Shown: in pieces, positions 18,901-30,405 of the stretch
Position numbering within the stretch: position 1 is the stretch's first letter
How the letters are laid out: the number at the start of each line of letters is the position of its first letter
Source of the DNA: Candidatus Thorarchaeota archaeon
GTDB lineage: Archaea > Asgardarchaeota > Thorarchaeia > Thorarchaeales > Thorarchaeaceae
Assembly (NCBI GenBank): GCA_020348985.1
Contig: CP070761.1
Location: 760,990-824,989 of the forward strand
Reading direction: 5' to 3'
DNA length: 64,000 nt
Notes under the pieces: generated by a model
What the model saw: only the letters and a program-made list of their open reading frames with translations
Databases searched by the model: none
Told to the model about the DNA's origin: nothing
Made by a program: the position numbers and the translations under genes

Positions 18901-20886
18901 ATGTCGGACTTCAAACTGGAGGCACCATTCAAGCCTGTCGGAGATCAGCCGAAGGCAATCGCTGAGCTGATAGAAGGCTTGGAAAGTGGTCTGCAACATC
19001 AGACATTGCTCGGTGTCACAGGTTCTGGAAAGACATTCTCTATGGCCAATTTAATAGCCGCATACAATAGACCTACACTGGTAATCTCGCACAACAAAAC
19101 CCTGGCTGCTCAGCTTGCCTCCGAGTACAGACAGTTCTTCCCAGACGCAGCTTGCGAATACTTTGTCTCATACTACGACTACTACCAACCAGAGGCCTAT
19201 GTCCCGAGCAAGGACATGTACGTCGAGAAGGAGGCGGACATCAACAAGGAGATTGAGCGTCTGCGCCATTCCACGACTCATTCCCTGACGACTCGAAACG
19301 ATGTCGTTGTCGTTGCTTCTGTGTCCTGCATCTACGGCGTTGGCAATCCCGAAGAGTACAGCGCACTCACGCTCATGCTTGAGGTAGGTATGCAGACCGA
19401 AAGACGTGAGATTCTCGAGAATCTTGTTGCGATGCAGTATGAGCGAAATGATATGGAAGTCGCACCTGGCACTTTCAGGGTCCGAGGGGATGTAATCGAT
19501 GTTCATCCTGCCTACTCGAGTAACAGCCTGAGGATAGAACTTGATGGTGATACGATAGAACGTTTGACTGTCCTTCAGCCTCTGACATCAAGAAGGCTGT
19601 TCGACGAGAAGTGGGCAGAGATTGGACCTGCTCGTCACCACGTCGCCAGACACGAGCGGATATTGGAGGCTCTCGAACCAATAGAGGCTGAGATGTGGGA
19701 ACGGGTTGAATGGTTCAAGAAGCAAAACAAGCTCGTTGAGGCTGACCGGATTAGGCGTAGAACACTATACGATCTTGAGATGCTCAGAGAGACAGGTCAC
19801 TGCCACGGAATAGAGAATTACTCACGCTTCATCGATGGCCGGGACAAGGGACAGAAGCCCTACACTCTGCTTGACTACTTCCCAGAAGACTTCCTCATGA
19901 TAATAGACGAGAGCCACATGACGATCCCTCAGATTCGAGGAATGTACTTCGGAGACCTATCCAGAAAGGAAAACCTGGTTGAGTATGGATTCAGATTAGA
20001 GTCCTGCCTTGACAACCGTCCTCTGAAGTTCCACGAATTCGAGAACTACATGCGACACGTCATCTATACAAGCGCAACACCAGGTCCGTTCGAGCGGAAG
20101 GTTAGCGGACAGATTGTTGAGCAGCTGCTGCGTCCTACTGGACTCCTCGACCCAGAAATCAAGGTCATGCCAGTGGAGAATCAGGTGGACCACCTCATCT
20201 CTGAGATCAGAAGGACCGTGAAAGACGGTGACCGCGTTCTCGTTACGACGCTTACGAAGAAGACTGCTGAGATGCTCTCAGAGTATCTGATTGAGAATGG
20301 TGTCAGGGCACGGTATCTTCATTCCGACATCGGGACCGTTGAGAGAATCGAGATTATACGCGAACTCCGTCTCGGGAAGTTCGACGTTCTTGTTGGAATC
20401 AATCTTCTGAGAGAAGGATTGGACCTGCCTGAGGTCGCACTCGTAGCGATACTGGATGCCGACAAGGAAGGGTTCCTACGAACTGATTGGGCGCTTATAC
20501 AGACTATGGGCCGAGCGGCAAGGAACGTCAGAGGACGCGTATTCCTTTACGCAGATCATGTATCCGCCGCGATGCAGACTGCAATCGATGAGACAAACCG
20601 AAGACGGAACGTTCAGGTGAAGCACAACGAGGAATATGGTATCATTCCGATGTCAATCAGCAAACAAGTGCGAGACATTGCAGAGGGCATTCACGGGAGG
20701 CCGACGACGACTCAGACGAAGCTGCCTGAGTACGATGTCTTCGAGTTGGAAGAGATAATGGACCTAATCGTCGACCTTGAAGAACGAATGAAGGACGCGG
20801 CAAGAGACCTCGAGTTCGAGAAGGCCGCGAAACTCCGAGACGAGATTGTCAAGCTAAGAAAGCAGGTAGAGGGCATCGAGCAGTGA
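18901..20886 (+). CDS. uvrB: Excinuclease ABC subunit B
   Basis: GVTGSGKT, YFVSYYDYYQPEAY, DESH, GINLLREGLDLPEV and C-terminal UVR domain. Confidence 0.98.
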   Translation: MSDFKLEAPFKPVGDQPKAIAELIEGLESGLQHQTLLGVTGSGKTFSMANLIAAYNRPTLVISHNKTLAAQLASEYRQFFPDAACEYFVSYYDYYQPEAYVPSKDMYVEKEADINKEIERLRHSTTHSLTTRNDVVVVASVSCIYGVGNPEEYSALTLMLEVGMQTERREILENLVAMQYERNDMEVAPGTFRVRGDVIDVHPAYSSNSLRIELDGDTIERLTVLQPLTSRRLFDEKWAEIGPARHHVARHERILEALEPIEAEMWERVEWFKKQNKLVEADRIRRRTLYDLEMLRETGHCHGIENYSRFIDGRDKGQKPYTLLDYFPEDFLMIIDESHMTIPQIRGMYFGDLSRKENLVEYGFRLESCLDNRPLKFHEFENYMRHVIYTSATPGPFERKVSGQIVEQLLRPTGLLDPEIKVMPVENQVDHLISEIRRTVKDGDRVLVTTLTKKTAEMLSEYLIENGVRARYLHSDIGTVERIEIIRELRLGKFDVLVGINLLREGLDLPEVALVAILDADKEGFLRTDWALIQTMGRAARNVRGRVFLYADHVSAAMQTAIDETNRRRNVQVKHNEEYGIIPMSISKQVRDIAEGIHGRPTTTQTKLPEYDVFELEEIMDLIVDLEERMKDAARDLEFEKAAKLRDEIVKLRKQVEGIEQ

Positions 20887-23774
20887 AGGCCGCACAGAAC
20901 TCCGACATCAGTAGCCCTCCGATGGAAATAGACGGTCCTCAGTCAATAATAGTCTTGGGGGCCTCAGAGCACAACCTGAAGAACATCTCAGTCGAGATTC
21001 CGAAGAACAAACTCGTTGTTGTCACAGGTGTCTCAGGGTCTGGCAAGTCTAGTCTTGTTTTCGATACTATCTTCGCCGAAGGTCAACGGAGATTCGTAGA
21101 GTCACTTTCTCCCTACGCGCGACAATTCCTTGGAATGCTCGAGAAGCCAAAGGTCGATTTCATGTCCGGTCTTTCGCCGTCAATCTCTATCGATCAGAAA
21201 AGCGTAGGTCGAAACCCGCGGAGTACCGTGGGCACAATCACGGAGATCTACGACTTCTTGAGACTGTTATATGCCAGAGTTGGACAACCTCACTGTCCAC
21301 AGTGTGGCAAGGCCATTGAGCCCCAGACATCTCAGCAGATGGTCGACCGTGTTCTTCAGATTGACGAAGGAACTCGCATCATGATTGTTGCCCCGATTGT
21401 TAGGGGGAGAAAGGGGGAGTACCGTAGGGAGTTCAAGGACCTTCTCTCCAAAGGTTTCGTAAGAGCCCGAGTTGATGGAGAGATTGTTGACATCGAAGAA
21501 GGCATGTCATTAGATCGTTACTTCGAGCACACAATTGAGGTTATCATTGACCGCCTCAAGGTTTCTGCTGAACAACGTGACCGAATCTCTGAGGCTATTG
21601 AGACCTCATTGGATATGGCCGAGGGAGTCGTGTCGATGATCTATGGATCAGATACTCTGACGCTTTCTGAGCAGTTCGCCTGTGTTGATTGTGGGATTGG
21701 GCTTCCCGAAATGGAACCGAGGATATTCTCGTGGAACACGCCGCATGGTGCCTGTCCGAACTGCACCGGAATGGGTGTTGTCAGAGAGTTTGACCCAGAG
21801 CTTTTCATCGAAGATCCAGAGCTGACCCTGCTACAGGGTGCAGTAAAGACAGACAAGTGGGTTCTCAGACGCAAGATGTTTAGAGATGTCGCAGAGTACT
21901 ACGGATTCACACCGGATACGAAATGGAAAGACCTGACAGAGGCACAGAAACACGTCCTCTTCTACGGCTCGGGAGACAAAGAGTTCGAGTCGAAATGGTC
22001 TGGTGACAACCCAGAATACGAAGTGACGTATGAGGGCACGTTTCAAAGATCGTTCGAAGGGTTCATTCAGAGAGCGAAGAGGCTGTACCGCCAGACAAGA
22101 TCTGACTGGCGACGGAAGCAGATGGAGAAGCTGATGGCTTCCGTACCATGTCCTGCGTGCAACGGGCATAGACTTCGTCCAGAGTCGCAGGCTGTGACGT
22201 TTGGTGGGAAGTCAATCAACGAATTGGACGCAATGTCAATCAAACAGCTTCGAGAGTTCTTTGATAAGGTCAAGATAAAGTCAAGAATCAGGCCAGTGGC
22301 CGATCCCATAATCAGAGAAGTCAGGGGACGGATAGGCTTCCTCGAAGAGGTGGGACTGGAGTACCTCACCCTCGACAGAACTGCTCCGACTCTTGCTGGT
22401 GGTGAAGCTCAGAGAATCCGCCTTGCAAGCCAGATAGGATCTGATCTTGTTGGAGTCACCTATGTCTGCGATGAGCCCTCAATAGGTCTCCATGCACGAG
22501 ACAACATGCGCCTGCTTAGATCCCTGATGAAGCTCAGAGACCTTGGAAACACGGTTTTGGTCGTAGAGCACGACGAAGAGACAATGAGAAACGCAGACTA
22601 CATCGTGGATCTCGGAGTTGGAGCTGGGGCTGAGGGTGGAGAAGTTGTTGTGACTGGGACTCTTGATGATGTCCTGAAATCACGCAAGTCTATCACATCA
22701 CGTTATCTCCGGGGTGACGACTCGATACCCACACCGAGGACTCGCAGGAAACCCAACGGGAGATTCATCGAAATCAAGGGGGCTCGACACAACAATCTCA
22801 AAGATCTGAACGTGCGGATTCCCTTGGGCATGTTTGTTTCAGTAACTGGGGTCAGTGGTTCCGGAAAGTCGAGCTTGATTGTAGAGACCCTACAGAGAGA
22901 GCTTGCCCGGAGGTTTCACAACGCTGAGACTCCCCCAGGGCCGCATGATGCAATCGAAGGTGCAGAGCAGCTTGACAAGGTAATTGTGATCGACCAGAGT
23001 CCCATTGGAAGGACACCGAGGTCAAACCCGGCTACCTATGTTGGGCTTTGGACACCACTCAGAGAGCTCTTCTCAAGCCTGCCCGAGGCTAAGATTCGAG
23101 GTTACAAACCGGGACGGTTCAGTTTTAACATGAAGGGCGGACGTTGCGAGAAATGTCATGGAGCTGGTGTTGAGATCATTGAGATGCAGTTCCTGCCTCC
23201 TGTACAGGTCACTTGCACGGAGTGTAAGGGCAGACGCTACAATAGAGAGACCCTTCAGGTTCGATACAGAGGGAAGAACATCGCCGACATTCTGGAAATG
23301 AGAATAGATGAGGCAAGAGAGTTCTTCGATGCCATTCCGTCCATCCGGAGACGTCTTGAAACGCTTTGTGCAGTTGGCATGGGATATGTGAAGCTCGGGC
23401 AGCCCGCAACAACCCTTTCCGGTGGGGAAGCCCAGAGAATCAAGTTGAGCAAGTTCCTCTCTAGACCAGCAACCGGCCAGACTCTGATCATGTTGGACGA
23501 GCCAACCACGGGTCTTCATTTCGCGGACATCAAAAAGCTGCTTGAAGTCCTGCACCGCCTTGTGGATCTCGGAAACACAGTCTTGGTCATTGAACACCAA
23601 CTGGATGTTGTCAAGACCGCCGATTGGATCATCGACCTCGGACCCGAAGGTGGAGATGAGGGTGGCTATCTTGTTGCAGAGGGAACTCCTGAAGATATCG
23701 TTGAAAATGGAGAATCATTCACTGGTGTGTACCTAGGGGAGCTTCTCCAACCAGGAGGGAGGGCTGGAAAGTGA
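20883..23774 (+). CDS. uvrA: Excinuclease ABC subunit A, copy 1
   Basis: Two ABC modules (GVSGSGKSS twice), [12 protein letters not shown], three Zn modules, [12 protein letters not shown]. Confidence 0.97.
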   Translation: MKAAQNSDISSPPMEIDGPQSIIVLGASEHNLKNISVEIPKNKLVVVTGVSGSGKSSLVFDTIFAEGQRRFVESLSPYARQFLGMLEKPKVDFMSGLSPSISIDQKSVGRNPRSTVGTITEIYDFLRLLYARVGQPHCPQCGKAIEPQTSQQMVDRVLQIDEGTRIMIVAPIVRGRKGEYRREFKDLLSKGFVRARVDGEIVDIEEGMSLDRYFEHTIEVIIDRLKVSAEQRDRISEAIETSLDMAEGVVSMIYGSDTLTLSEQFACVDCGIGLPEMEPRIFSWNTPHGACPNCTGMGVVREFDPELFIEDPELTLLQGAVKTDKWVLRRKMFRDVAEYYGFTPDTKWKDLTEAQKHVLFYGSGDKEFESKWSGDNPEYEVTYEGTFQRSFEGFIQRAKRLYRQTRSDWRRKQMEKLMASVPCPACNGHRLRPESQAVTFGGKSINELDAMSIKQLREFFDKVKIKSRIRPVADPIIREVRGRIGFLEEVGLEYLTLDRTAPTLAGGEAQRIRLASQIGSDLVGVTYVCDEPSIGLHARDNMRLLRSLMKLRDLGNTVLVVEHDEETMRNADYIVDLGVGAGAEGGEVVVTGTLDDVLKSRKSITSRYLRGDDSIPTPRTRRKPNGRFIEIKGARHNNLKDLNVRIPLGMFVSVTGVSGSGKSSLIVETLQRELARRFHNAETPPGPHDAIEGAEQLDKVIVIDQSPIGRTPRSNPATYVGLWTPLRELFSSLPEAKIRGYKPGRFSFNMKGGRCEKCHGAGVEIIEMQFLPPVQVTCTECKGRRYNRETLQVRYRGKNIADILEMRIDEAREFFDAIPSIRRRLETLCAVGMGYVKLGQPATTLSGGEAQRIKLSKFLSRPATGQTLIMLDEPTTGLHFADIKKLLEVLHRLVDLGNTVLVIEHQLDVVKTADWIIDLGPEGGDEGGYLVAEGTPEDIVENGESFTGVYLGELLQPGGRAGK

Positions 23775-26629
23775 CTGGCGAGATTAAAGTGCGGAAGGCT
23801 GAGGAGCACAATCTCAAACGGATTGATGTCGATGTTCCTCGCGACCGCTTGGTTGTTGTCACTGGTCCCTCAGGTTCTGGCAAGTCCACGCTTGTCTTCG
23901 ATACCATCTTCGCTGAGGGACAAAGAAGGTATGTAGAATCACTGTCATCCTACGCAAGGCGATTCCTAGGTCGACTAGACAAACCGAAAGTAGAGAAGAT
24001 ATCTGGATTACCTCCTGCTATCTCGATTGAGCAGAAGGGAAGGACCAAGAATCCGCGGAGCACGGTCGGCACAAGCACTGAGATACACGACTATCTCAGG
24101 TTGCTCTATGCGAACATTGGGACTCCGCACTGTGTCAACTGCGGTCTCCCCATGGAGCAACTCACGGCAGACACAGCGGCTCGTCTCTTGCTTGAGGAGA
24201 ATGGAGGTCAGAGAGTGTTTGTGCTGGCCCCAATAGTCCGAGGCGAGATAGGCAAGAACGAGGAGGCGCTTGAAGACCTGCTGAAAAGTGGATTCGCAAG
24301 AGTGAGAGTCGATGGTGAGATTCGTGAAATCGAAGATCTCGAGCTTGATGGTCGCAAGAAGCACGATATCGATGTTGTTGTTGATCGTCTCGAACTCAGT
24401 CAGAAGTCACGTGAACGTCTGATTGGCTCATTGGAGACTGCCCTTGAGACCGGGGAGGGACGAGCCCTTGTGTCACGAGAGGGAGAAGATGACCTTATCT
24501 TTGCTGAACAGCTCATGTGTCCGAAGTGTGGAGTGCAATATGACAAGCTAGATCCGAAAGCGTTCTCGTATAACAGACCCGATGGTGCGTGCCCCACATG
24601 TAACGGTTTGGGAGTTCTGATGTCGATTGACCCTGATCTCGTCATTCCGAATGACACCATGACAATACGGCAGATAAGTAGGAGAATCAACCGAGGTGAG
24701 AAATCTTGGTTCCTCAAACGTCTGGAAGCGCTGGGAGAGAAGATTGGCTTCACACTTGAGACATTCTACTTTGAGCTCGACGAAGCTCAGCGCGAAATGC
24801 TTGTGTGGGGGCGGCCAGAGCTGACTCTTCATTACGTTATGGAACGAGAGAACTCAAAGTGGGAGATTACCAGGAAATGGTACGGTCTCGTTCCTTGGTT
24901 GAAAAGGATGTTTGACAACGCCAAAAGCAGCGAGAAGCAGTGGCATCAATGGTGGGCCACTAGGATTGCTAACGAATTCTCCCGGAAGATTCCTTGTGAA
25001 GCCTGTAATGGTAGAAAGCTGCGGCCAGAGAGCTTAGCAGTCACCGTCGGCGGTAAGCCAATCGACGAAGTCTCGACCATGACTATTGAGATGGCACTTG
25101 ATTTCTTTGAGGGGCTGGAACTCAGTGATCGTGAGAGAAAGATAGCCGAGCTGGTACTCAAGGAGATAGTGTCAAGGCTTCGATTCCTCGTCTCGGTCGG
25201 CTTAGACTATCTGAATCTCGATAGAGCTTCGATGACCCTGTCCGGAGGTGAGAGTCAACGGATTCGGCTAGCGACGCAGATTGGATCCGCCCTCACTGGC
25301 GTTCTCTATTGTCTTGATGAGCCCAGTGTGGGTCTTCATCCCCGCGACATATCGAGGTTAGTTGATACATTTAGGCACCTTAGAAGCCTAGGAAACACGG
25401 TTGTTGTAATCGAGCACGATCGTGACACAATTGAGGCCGCAGACCATATCATTGATCTTGGTCCACTGGCAGGGATTCATGGAGGAACCGTTGTAGCCAG
25501 TGGAACACCCTCAGAAGTCCTGACGCATCCGAAGTCTCTAACAGCACAGTATCTTGCAGGAGAAAAGCAGATACCTGTCCCACTTGAGAGAAGGACCGGT
25601 AACGGGCATGAGATTGTGATTCGAAATGCCCGACAACACAACCTGAAGGGGATAACGGTCGGATTCCCACTCGGGAAGCTCATCTGTATATCTGGAGTTA
25701 GCGGTTCTGGCAAGAGCACGCTTACCCATGAAACGCTCTACAAGTCCTTGGCCAGAGAAATCAATGGTGCCAGCCATGTTCCAGGAGCACATGACGGCGT
25801 GGACGGTGTCGAATACATTGATCGTCTTGTCTTGGTAGACCAATCGCCGATTGGCCGCACACCCCGTTCTAACCCGGCCACGTACACAAAGACCTTCGGC
25901 GAAATACGTGAGCTCTTGGCAAGGATGCCGGAGGCAAAGCGACGAGGGTATTCGCCTGGAAGATTCAGCTTCAATACAAGGGAGGGTCGTTGCGAGAAGT
26001 GTCAGGGTAGTGGTCTTCTGCGAGTCGAGATGCACTTCATGAGCGACGTATACATGACCTGTGATGTATGCGACGGGCGACGATTTGACAGAGAGACTCT
26101 TGAGGTCACCTACAAAGAGAAGAACGTGAATGAGATTCTTCGAATGACCATAGAAGAGGCGCTGGAGTTCTTCTCAGACATTCCGAAGATCGCAGACCGG
26201 CTGCAGACACTTGTCGATGTCGGATTAGGATACCTCGAACTCGGTCAGCCTGCAACTACGCTTTCAGGCGGCGAAGCACAAAGGATGAAGCTCGCTTCAG
26301 AACTCTCACGAAAGAGTACTGGCAAGACTCTATACGTTCTCGATGAACCGACAACCGGTCTCTCTGCATCAGATGTGCATGTCCTCCTGCGAGTACTCAA
26401 TCGTCTTGTTGACAGTGGCAACACGATTGTCGTGATTGAGCACAATCTGGAAGTGATCAAGACCGCGGACCATGTCATTGATTTGGGTCCTGAAGGAGGA
26501 GATGGTGGCGGCCACGTGGTCGCAGTTGGCGCTCCAGAGGATCTTGTAGGTATTCCGGACTCCTATACTGGATTCCATCTTAGACCAATACTTTATGGTC
26601 ATAAGACAGCCTACGGTTCAATTGAATAA
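23771..26629 (+). CDS. uvrA: Excinuclease ABC subunit A, copy 2
   Basis: GPSGSGKST and [26 protein letters not shown] twice, three Zn modules, [12 protein letters not shown]. Confidence 0.97.
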   Translation: MTGEIKVRKAEEHNLKRIDVDVPRDRLVVVTGPSGSGKSTLVFDTIFAEGQRRYVESLSSYARRFLGRLDKPKVEKISGLPPAISIEQKGRTKNPRSTVGTSTEIHDYLRLLYANIGTPHCVNCGLPMEQLTADTAARLLLEENGGQRVFVLAPIVRGEIGKNEEALEDLLKSGFARVRVDGEIREIEDLELDGRKKHDIDVVVDRLELSQKSRERLIGSLETALETGEGRALVSREGEDDLIFAEQLMCPKCGVQYDKLDPKAFSYNRPDGACPTCNGLGVLMSIDPDLVIPNDTMTIRQISRRINRGEKSWFLKRLEALGEKIGFTLETFYFELDEAQREMLVWGRPELTLHYVMERENSKWEITRKWYGLVPWLKRMFDNAKSSEKQWHQWWATRIANEFSRKIPCEACNGRKLRPESLAVTVGGKPIDEVSTMTIEMALDFFEGLELSDRERKIAELVLKEIVSRLRFLVSVGLDYLNLDRASMTLSGGESQRIRLATQIGSALTGVLYCLDEPSVGLHPRDISRLVDTFRHLRSLGNTVVVIEHDRDTIEAADHIIDLGPLAGIHGGTVVASGTPSEVLTHPKSLTAQYLAGEKQIPVPLERRTGNGHEIVIRNARQHNLKGITVGFPLGKLICISGVSGSGKSTLTHETLYKSLAREINGASHVPGAHDGVDGVEYIDRLVLVDQSPIGRTPRSNPATYTKTFGEIRELLARMPEAKRRGYSPGRFSFNTREGRCEKCQGSGLLRVEMHFMSDVYMTCDVCDGRRFDRETLEVTYKEKNVNEILRMTIEEALEFFSDIPKIADRLQTLVDVGLGYLELGQPATTLSGGEAQRMKLASELSRKSTGKTLYVLDEPTTGLSASDVHVLLRVLNRLVDSGNTIVVIEHNLEVIKTADHVIDLGPEGGDGGGHVVAVGAPEDLVGIPDSYTGFHLRPILYGHKTAYGSIE

Positions 26630-26724
26630 TTGGAATCAGATGGCGCGTTTATCTACTCCCCTATCGAACACTCTATCAGGGGAAAACCACAGATGTGAGA
26701 TTAGAGAGAAAGAGATGCGACCTC

Positions 26725-28533
26725 ATGACAAACCTTGCGAAACTAGTAGATGATCTTCCTGACTCTCCAGGTGTCTACATCTGGAAGAATGAGAAGGACG
26801 AGGCACTCTACATAGGCAAGGCGAAATCGCTGAAGAAGAGGGTTAGTTCCTATCTTCGAAAGAAGGGTCAGTTTAGAACGACTTGGGAGATGATGTCAGA
26901 GGCCAAAGACCTGGAGGTGATTCTTACTGGTTCTGAACGCGAGGCCCTACTGCTTGAGGCTACACTCATCAAGACAAGGCAGCCCAGGTACAATATTCGT
27001 CTTAAGGATGACAAAGTCCAGACATGGGTCAGAGTTGACCTAAGACGAAACATTCCATCATTCGAAGTGACTCGTGACGTAGATCGCGACGGAGCTACCT
27101 ACTACGGACCCTTTGGCGGATCACGCAGAATGGAGCGAGTCATGGACACAGTACGCCGACACATTCCCGTCTGCATGTGCAAGGAGCCAGAGAATGTCAA
27201 ACGTGAGTGTATGGACTTCCATCTGGGGAGATGCGTTGCACCTTGTATAAACAAGGTCTCTAAGGAAGACTACAGATCCCTCGTCGATCAAATGGGGCTG
27301 TATCTCGATGGACGCTTTGAGAAGCTAACCGAGCTGCTCAGCGAGCAGATGAACGACGCCTCAGTCAACTTGGAATTCGAGAGGGCGGCAACACTGCGTG
27401 ACCGTTTGGATGACATCAGGATGATTCTCAGAAAGCAGAAGGTGGTCGAGTTCAATGGCGCGAATAGAGACGTTCTAGGAATCTCAAGGACCGAACAGGC
27501 GGCACTTGTTGAACTGCTGATTATCAGAGGAGGTCGGTTGATTGGACATGACAACTTCTACTTCGAGGTTGACCTAGAGACCCCCGACAGTGAGGTCCTG
27601 AAAGCATTCACGGAACAATACTATCTGACAATCCCACGGCTTCCCGACGAAGTGATTGTTCCCTCTCAGTTTCCAGACATGAGGAAACTTGGCAAATGGC
27701 TGAGTGAGACCCACAACACCTCAATCTCATTGGTTCTCCCGTACGACGAGAAGAAGCAGGACTTGGTAATAATGGCCAATGAGAATGCCAGAAGAGCTCT
27801 ACGTAAGATACTCATCCTTGAAGATCAGGACACAGCTATCATACATGATGGAGTGAAGGAACTTCGAGAGGCTCTTGGCATGGACCATGCGCCTCTTCAC
27901 ATAGAGGGATTTGATATCTCAAATGTACAAGGAACCGATCCAGCCGGTTCGTGCGTCGTTTTCAGAAACGGGGTGCCAGACAACAAAAGCTACAGAATGT
28001 TCAGGATCCGCGTCAAAGAGAGTCCGGATGACTACGCTATGATGAATGAGGTTGTTTTCAGGCGATATCGGGGCGTCTTGGAGCGTGGAGGTAATCTGCC
28101 GGATCTTGTCGTCGTAGACGGAGGAAAGGGTCAGCTCGGTGTGGCGTTGAAAGCACTAGAAGAGTTAGGCTTGGATACTGTGCAAGTTGCAGCGATTGCT
28201 AAACAAGATGAGGTCTTGTTTACAAGAGAGGATTCTGATGGCGTTCTTTTGGAATTTGGCTCTGACGCACTGCATCTGATTCAGAGTGTTAGAGACGAAG
28301 CACACCGGTTCGCTCAGCGTTATCACCACAAGCTGCGCGAGAAAAGATTCTCTGGGTCGATATTGGAGGAGGCTCCTGGAATTGGCAAGAAACGTCGTGC
28401 TGCTCTTATCAAGAAGTTCGGTAGCTATAAGGGTGTCCGCTCCGCGTCAGTCAAGGAGATTGCATCTGTTGAGGGGATGACTCTAAGCGCCGCCAAGAAG
28501 CTTCACGAGTGGATGGAAACCGAAGGGAACTAA
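26725..28533 (+). CDS. uvrC: Excinuclease ABC subunit C
   Basis: GIY-YIG domain (PGVY...YIGKAKSL), Cys cluster, UVR domain, IEGFDIS, DGGKGQL, RDEAHRFA, HhH. Confidence 0.97.
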   Translation: MTNLAKLVDDLPDSPGVYIWKNEKDEALYIGKAKSLKKRVSSYLRKKGQFRTTWEMMSEAKDLEVILTGSEREALLLEATLIKTRQPRYNIRLKDDKVQTWVRVDLRRNIPSFEVTRDVDRDGATYYGPFGGSRRMERVMDTVRRHIPVCMCKEPENVKRECMDFHLGRCVAPCINKVSKEDYRSLVDQMGLYLDGRFEKLTELLSEQMNDASVNLEFERAATLRDRLDDIRMILRKQKVVEFNGANRDVLGISRTEQAALVELLIIRGGRLIGHDNFYFEVDLETPDSEVLKAFTEQYYLTIPRLPDEVIVPSQFPDMRKLGKWLSETHNTSISLVLPYDEKKQDLVIMANENARRALRKILILEDQDTAIIHDGVKELREALGMDHAPLHIEGFDISNVQGTDPAGSCVVFRNGVPDNKSYRMFRIRVKESPDDYAMMNEVVFRRYRGVLERGGNLPDLVVVDGGKGQLGVALKALEELGLDTVQVAAIAKQDEVLFTREDSDGVLLEFGSDALHLIQSVRDEAHRFAQRYHHKLREKRFSGSILEEAPGIGKKRRAALIKKFGSYKGVRSASVKEIASVEGMTLSAAKKLHEWMETEGN

Positions 28534-28621
28534 TTCCTTCATCGTTCTATCGATTCGGATGAACGACACCTTTATTCCTAGGGAATTTCGACAGCAGTCA
28601 GGCAACGCGTGGTGAACTGTT

Positions 28622-28867
28622 GTGGCCATTCGGATATTCCTAACAATAAGAACCGAGGAAGGCAAGGCTGAATCAGTTCATAAAACACTCACGAGATTTC
28701 CCGAGGTTGTAGAGTCCCATAGGGTCTTGACTGGTGACTACGATGTGGTTGCATTTGTGGAGGTCAAGACAATGGACAGATACCGAGCATTCTCTGTCGA
28801 TCAGATTGCCACTATCGAGGGAGTCATCGACTATACATCATTTCTCACAATCGGGCCTGGTGAATGA
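28622..28867 (+). CDS. Stand-alone Lrp/AsnC ligand-binding (RAM) domain
   Basis: PEVVESHRVLTGDYDVVA...IEGVIDYTS; no HTH. Confidence 0.85.
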   Translation: MAIRIFLTIRTEEGKAESVHKTLTRFPEVVESHRVLTGDYDVVAFVEVKTMDRYRAFSVDQIATIEGVIDYTSFLTIGPGE

Positions 28868-28870
28868 TAC

Positions 28871-30244
28871 CTAGGACTCATTTGCCAAGTGTATTTTGTT
28901 TCTCTTGCGGCCGTATGCTAGATATATCAATAGACCAATGATTGCTATCCACAGTCCCATCCATAACGATTCTACACCCACGTTTGCGATGAAGAGAAGA
29001 CAAACAGCAGCCCCAAGAATGGGTCCAAGTGGATAGAATCTGGCCTTGAATGTACCAGGAACGGTCAGTCCTTTTTCTCTTAGGGCAATTACAGAGGAGT
29101 TGACTATTGTCTGGCCGACAAGGTAGGCCAGTCCTGACAATGATGCCACTAGTTCCACCCTGCCAGTTGATGCAAAGACAGCAACTGCAACAAACGAGAC
29201 TATAAGCGCTGGTATCGGTGTCTTGGATCTAGTGTGCACACGTTCCAAGAATCTCGGGAAGTATCTGTCTCTTCCAAGAGCAAATGCAACTCTTGCCGTG
29301 GATAGGAATGTGGCATTCAGTGCTGCGAAATTCGAAGCAGCCATTCCTGCGAGACCAAAGAAGAACGCTGCAGTGCCCAGCATGTTCCCGTAGACATAGG
29401 CGACAGGAGTGAAGTTGTCCTGAACTGTACTATAGGGTACAACTCCAACTATCACAAATGTGGCAGCTACGTAAACCACAGTCGCAATCAACAATGTGAG
29501 TAGGATAGCTCTGGGGATAGTCCTTGCTGGATCTTTGATTTCTTCAGATGCAGTTGTGATGAGCTCGTAGCCGATGAAACTAATGTAGATGAACGACACC
29601 GTCGCCATCAGCTCAAAGAATCCGCCACCAGCGACAAAGAGAGGTTCAAGATTTTCGGGTTGTACGAAGAATAATCCAATCCCGATGAAGGAGAAGAGAA
29701 CAACCGACTGGGCGATATTGAGAATGCCCAACACCCCACTGACACCTCTCACGCTCACAACATTGGTGATGAAAGTGAAAGCAATAATCGCAATAGCTAT
29801 GAGTCCCACTGTGATACCATTCGAGCCAGGGATGAACACTGCGAGTACATAGGCGACAGCGAGAGAGTACAGGCCGCAGGCAACGATGTTTCCAATGAAG
29901 AGGAACCAGCCGGTTATGAATCCAGGAAAGCCTCCGATGGTGTCATGTGCAAATGTATAGCCTCCTCCCTGCTTAGGGATGGAGCTAGCAAGTTCGGCGT
30001 AGTTGATAGCTGTGAATACTGTCATGAGTCCGGTAATCAGGTAGGCCAGCACCACAGCTGGCCCAACCATTCCTGCAGCTACACCAGAAATGACATAGAT
30101 CCCGCCACCAAGCATCGCTCCTAGTCCAAGATTGGTAGCACCGATGAGACCGAGACGTCGAGCAAACTTGCCTTCGGAGTGCTGTGTTTCAGACGACTCG
30201 ATCATCAAAATCAACTCGGGAAGTGAACCGGAAACTCCTGACAT
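28871..30244 (-). CDS. APC family amino acid permease
   Basis: GAMLGGGIY, YAELASSIPKQGGGY, GYE...SEEIKDP. Confidence 0.92.
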   Translation of the reverse strand: MSGVSGSLPELILMIESSETQHSEGKFARRLGLIGATNLGLGAMLGGGIYVISGVAAGMVGPAVVLAYLITGLMTVFTAINYAELASSIPKQGGGYTFAHDTIGGFPGFITGWFLFIGNIVACGLYSLAVAYVLAVFIPGSNGITVGLIAIAIIAFTFITNVVSVRGVSGVLGILNIAQSVVLFSFIGIGLFFVQPENLEPLFVAGGGFFELMATVSFIYISFIGYELITTASEEIKDPARTIPRAILLTLLIATVVYVAATFVIVGVVPYSTVQDNFTPVAYVYGNMLGTAAFFFGLAGMAASNFAALNATFLSTARVAFALGRDRYFPRFLERVHTRSKTPIPALIVSFVAVAVFASTGRVELVASLSGLAYLVGQTIVNSSVIALREKGLTVPGTFKARFYPLGPILGAAVCLLFIANVGVESLWMGLWIAIIGLLIYLAYGRKRNKIHLANES

Positions 30245-30405
30245 AGGGCAGAAGTGTTTCCCAGACGCCCTCTGAGATGTCTTTTGAAGCTTTTGTAGAC
30301 GCCCTACTTCGAAAGACCGCTAGAGAAATCGTGGAGACAAATCGTTTCACTTAAATGGAGCGCACCGTGCGAAAAAGCTCGTGAAGCTCAGACGAAGAGC
30401 TCAAG

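Noticed and set aside
20883-26629. uvrA duplication as an assembly artefact
   Set aside because: The copies differ throughout at DNA and protein level, and both frames are intact with a clean 4-bp overlap.
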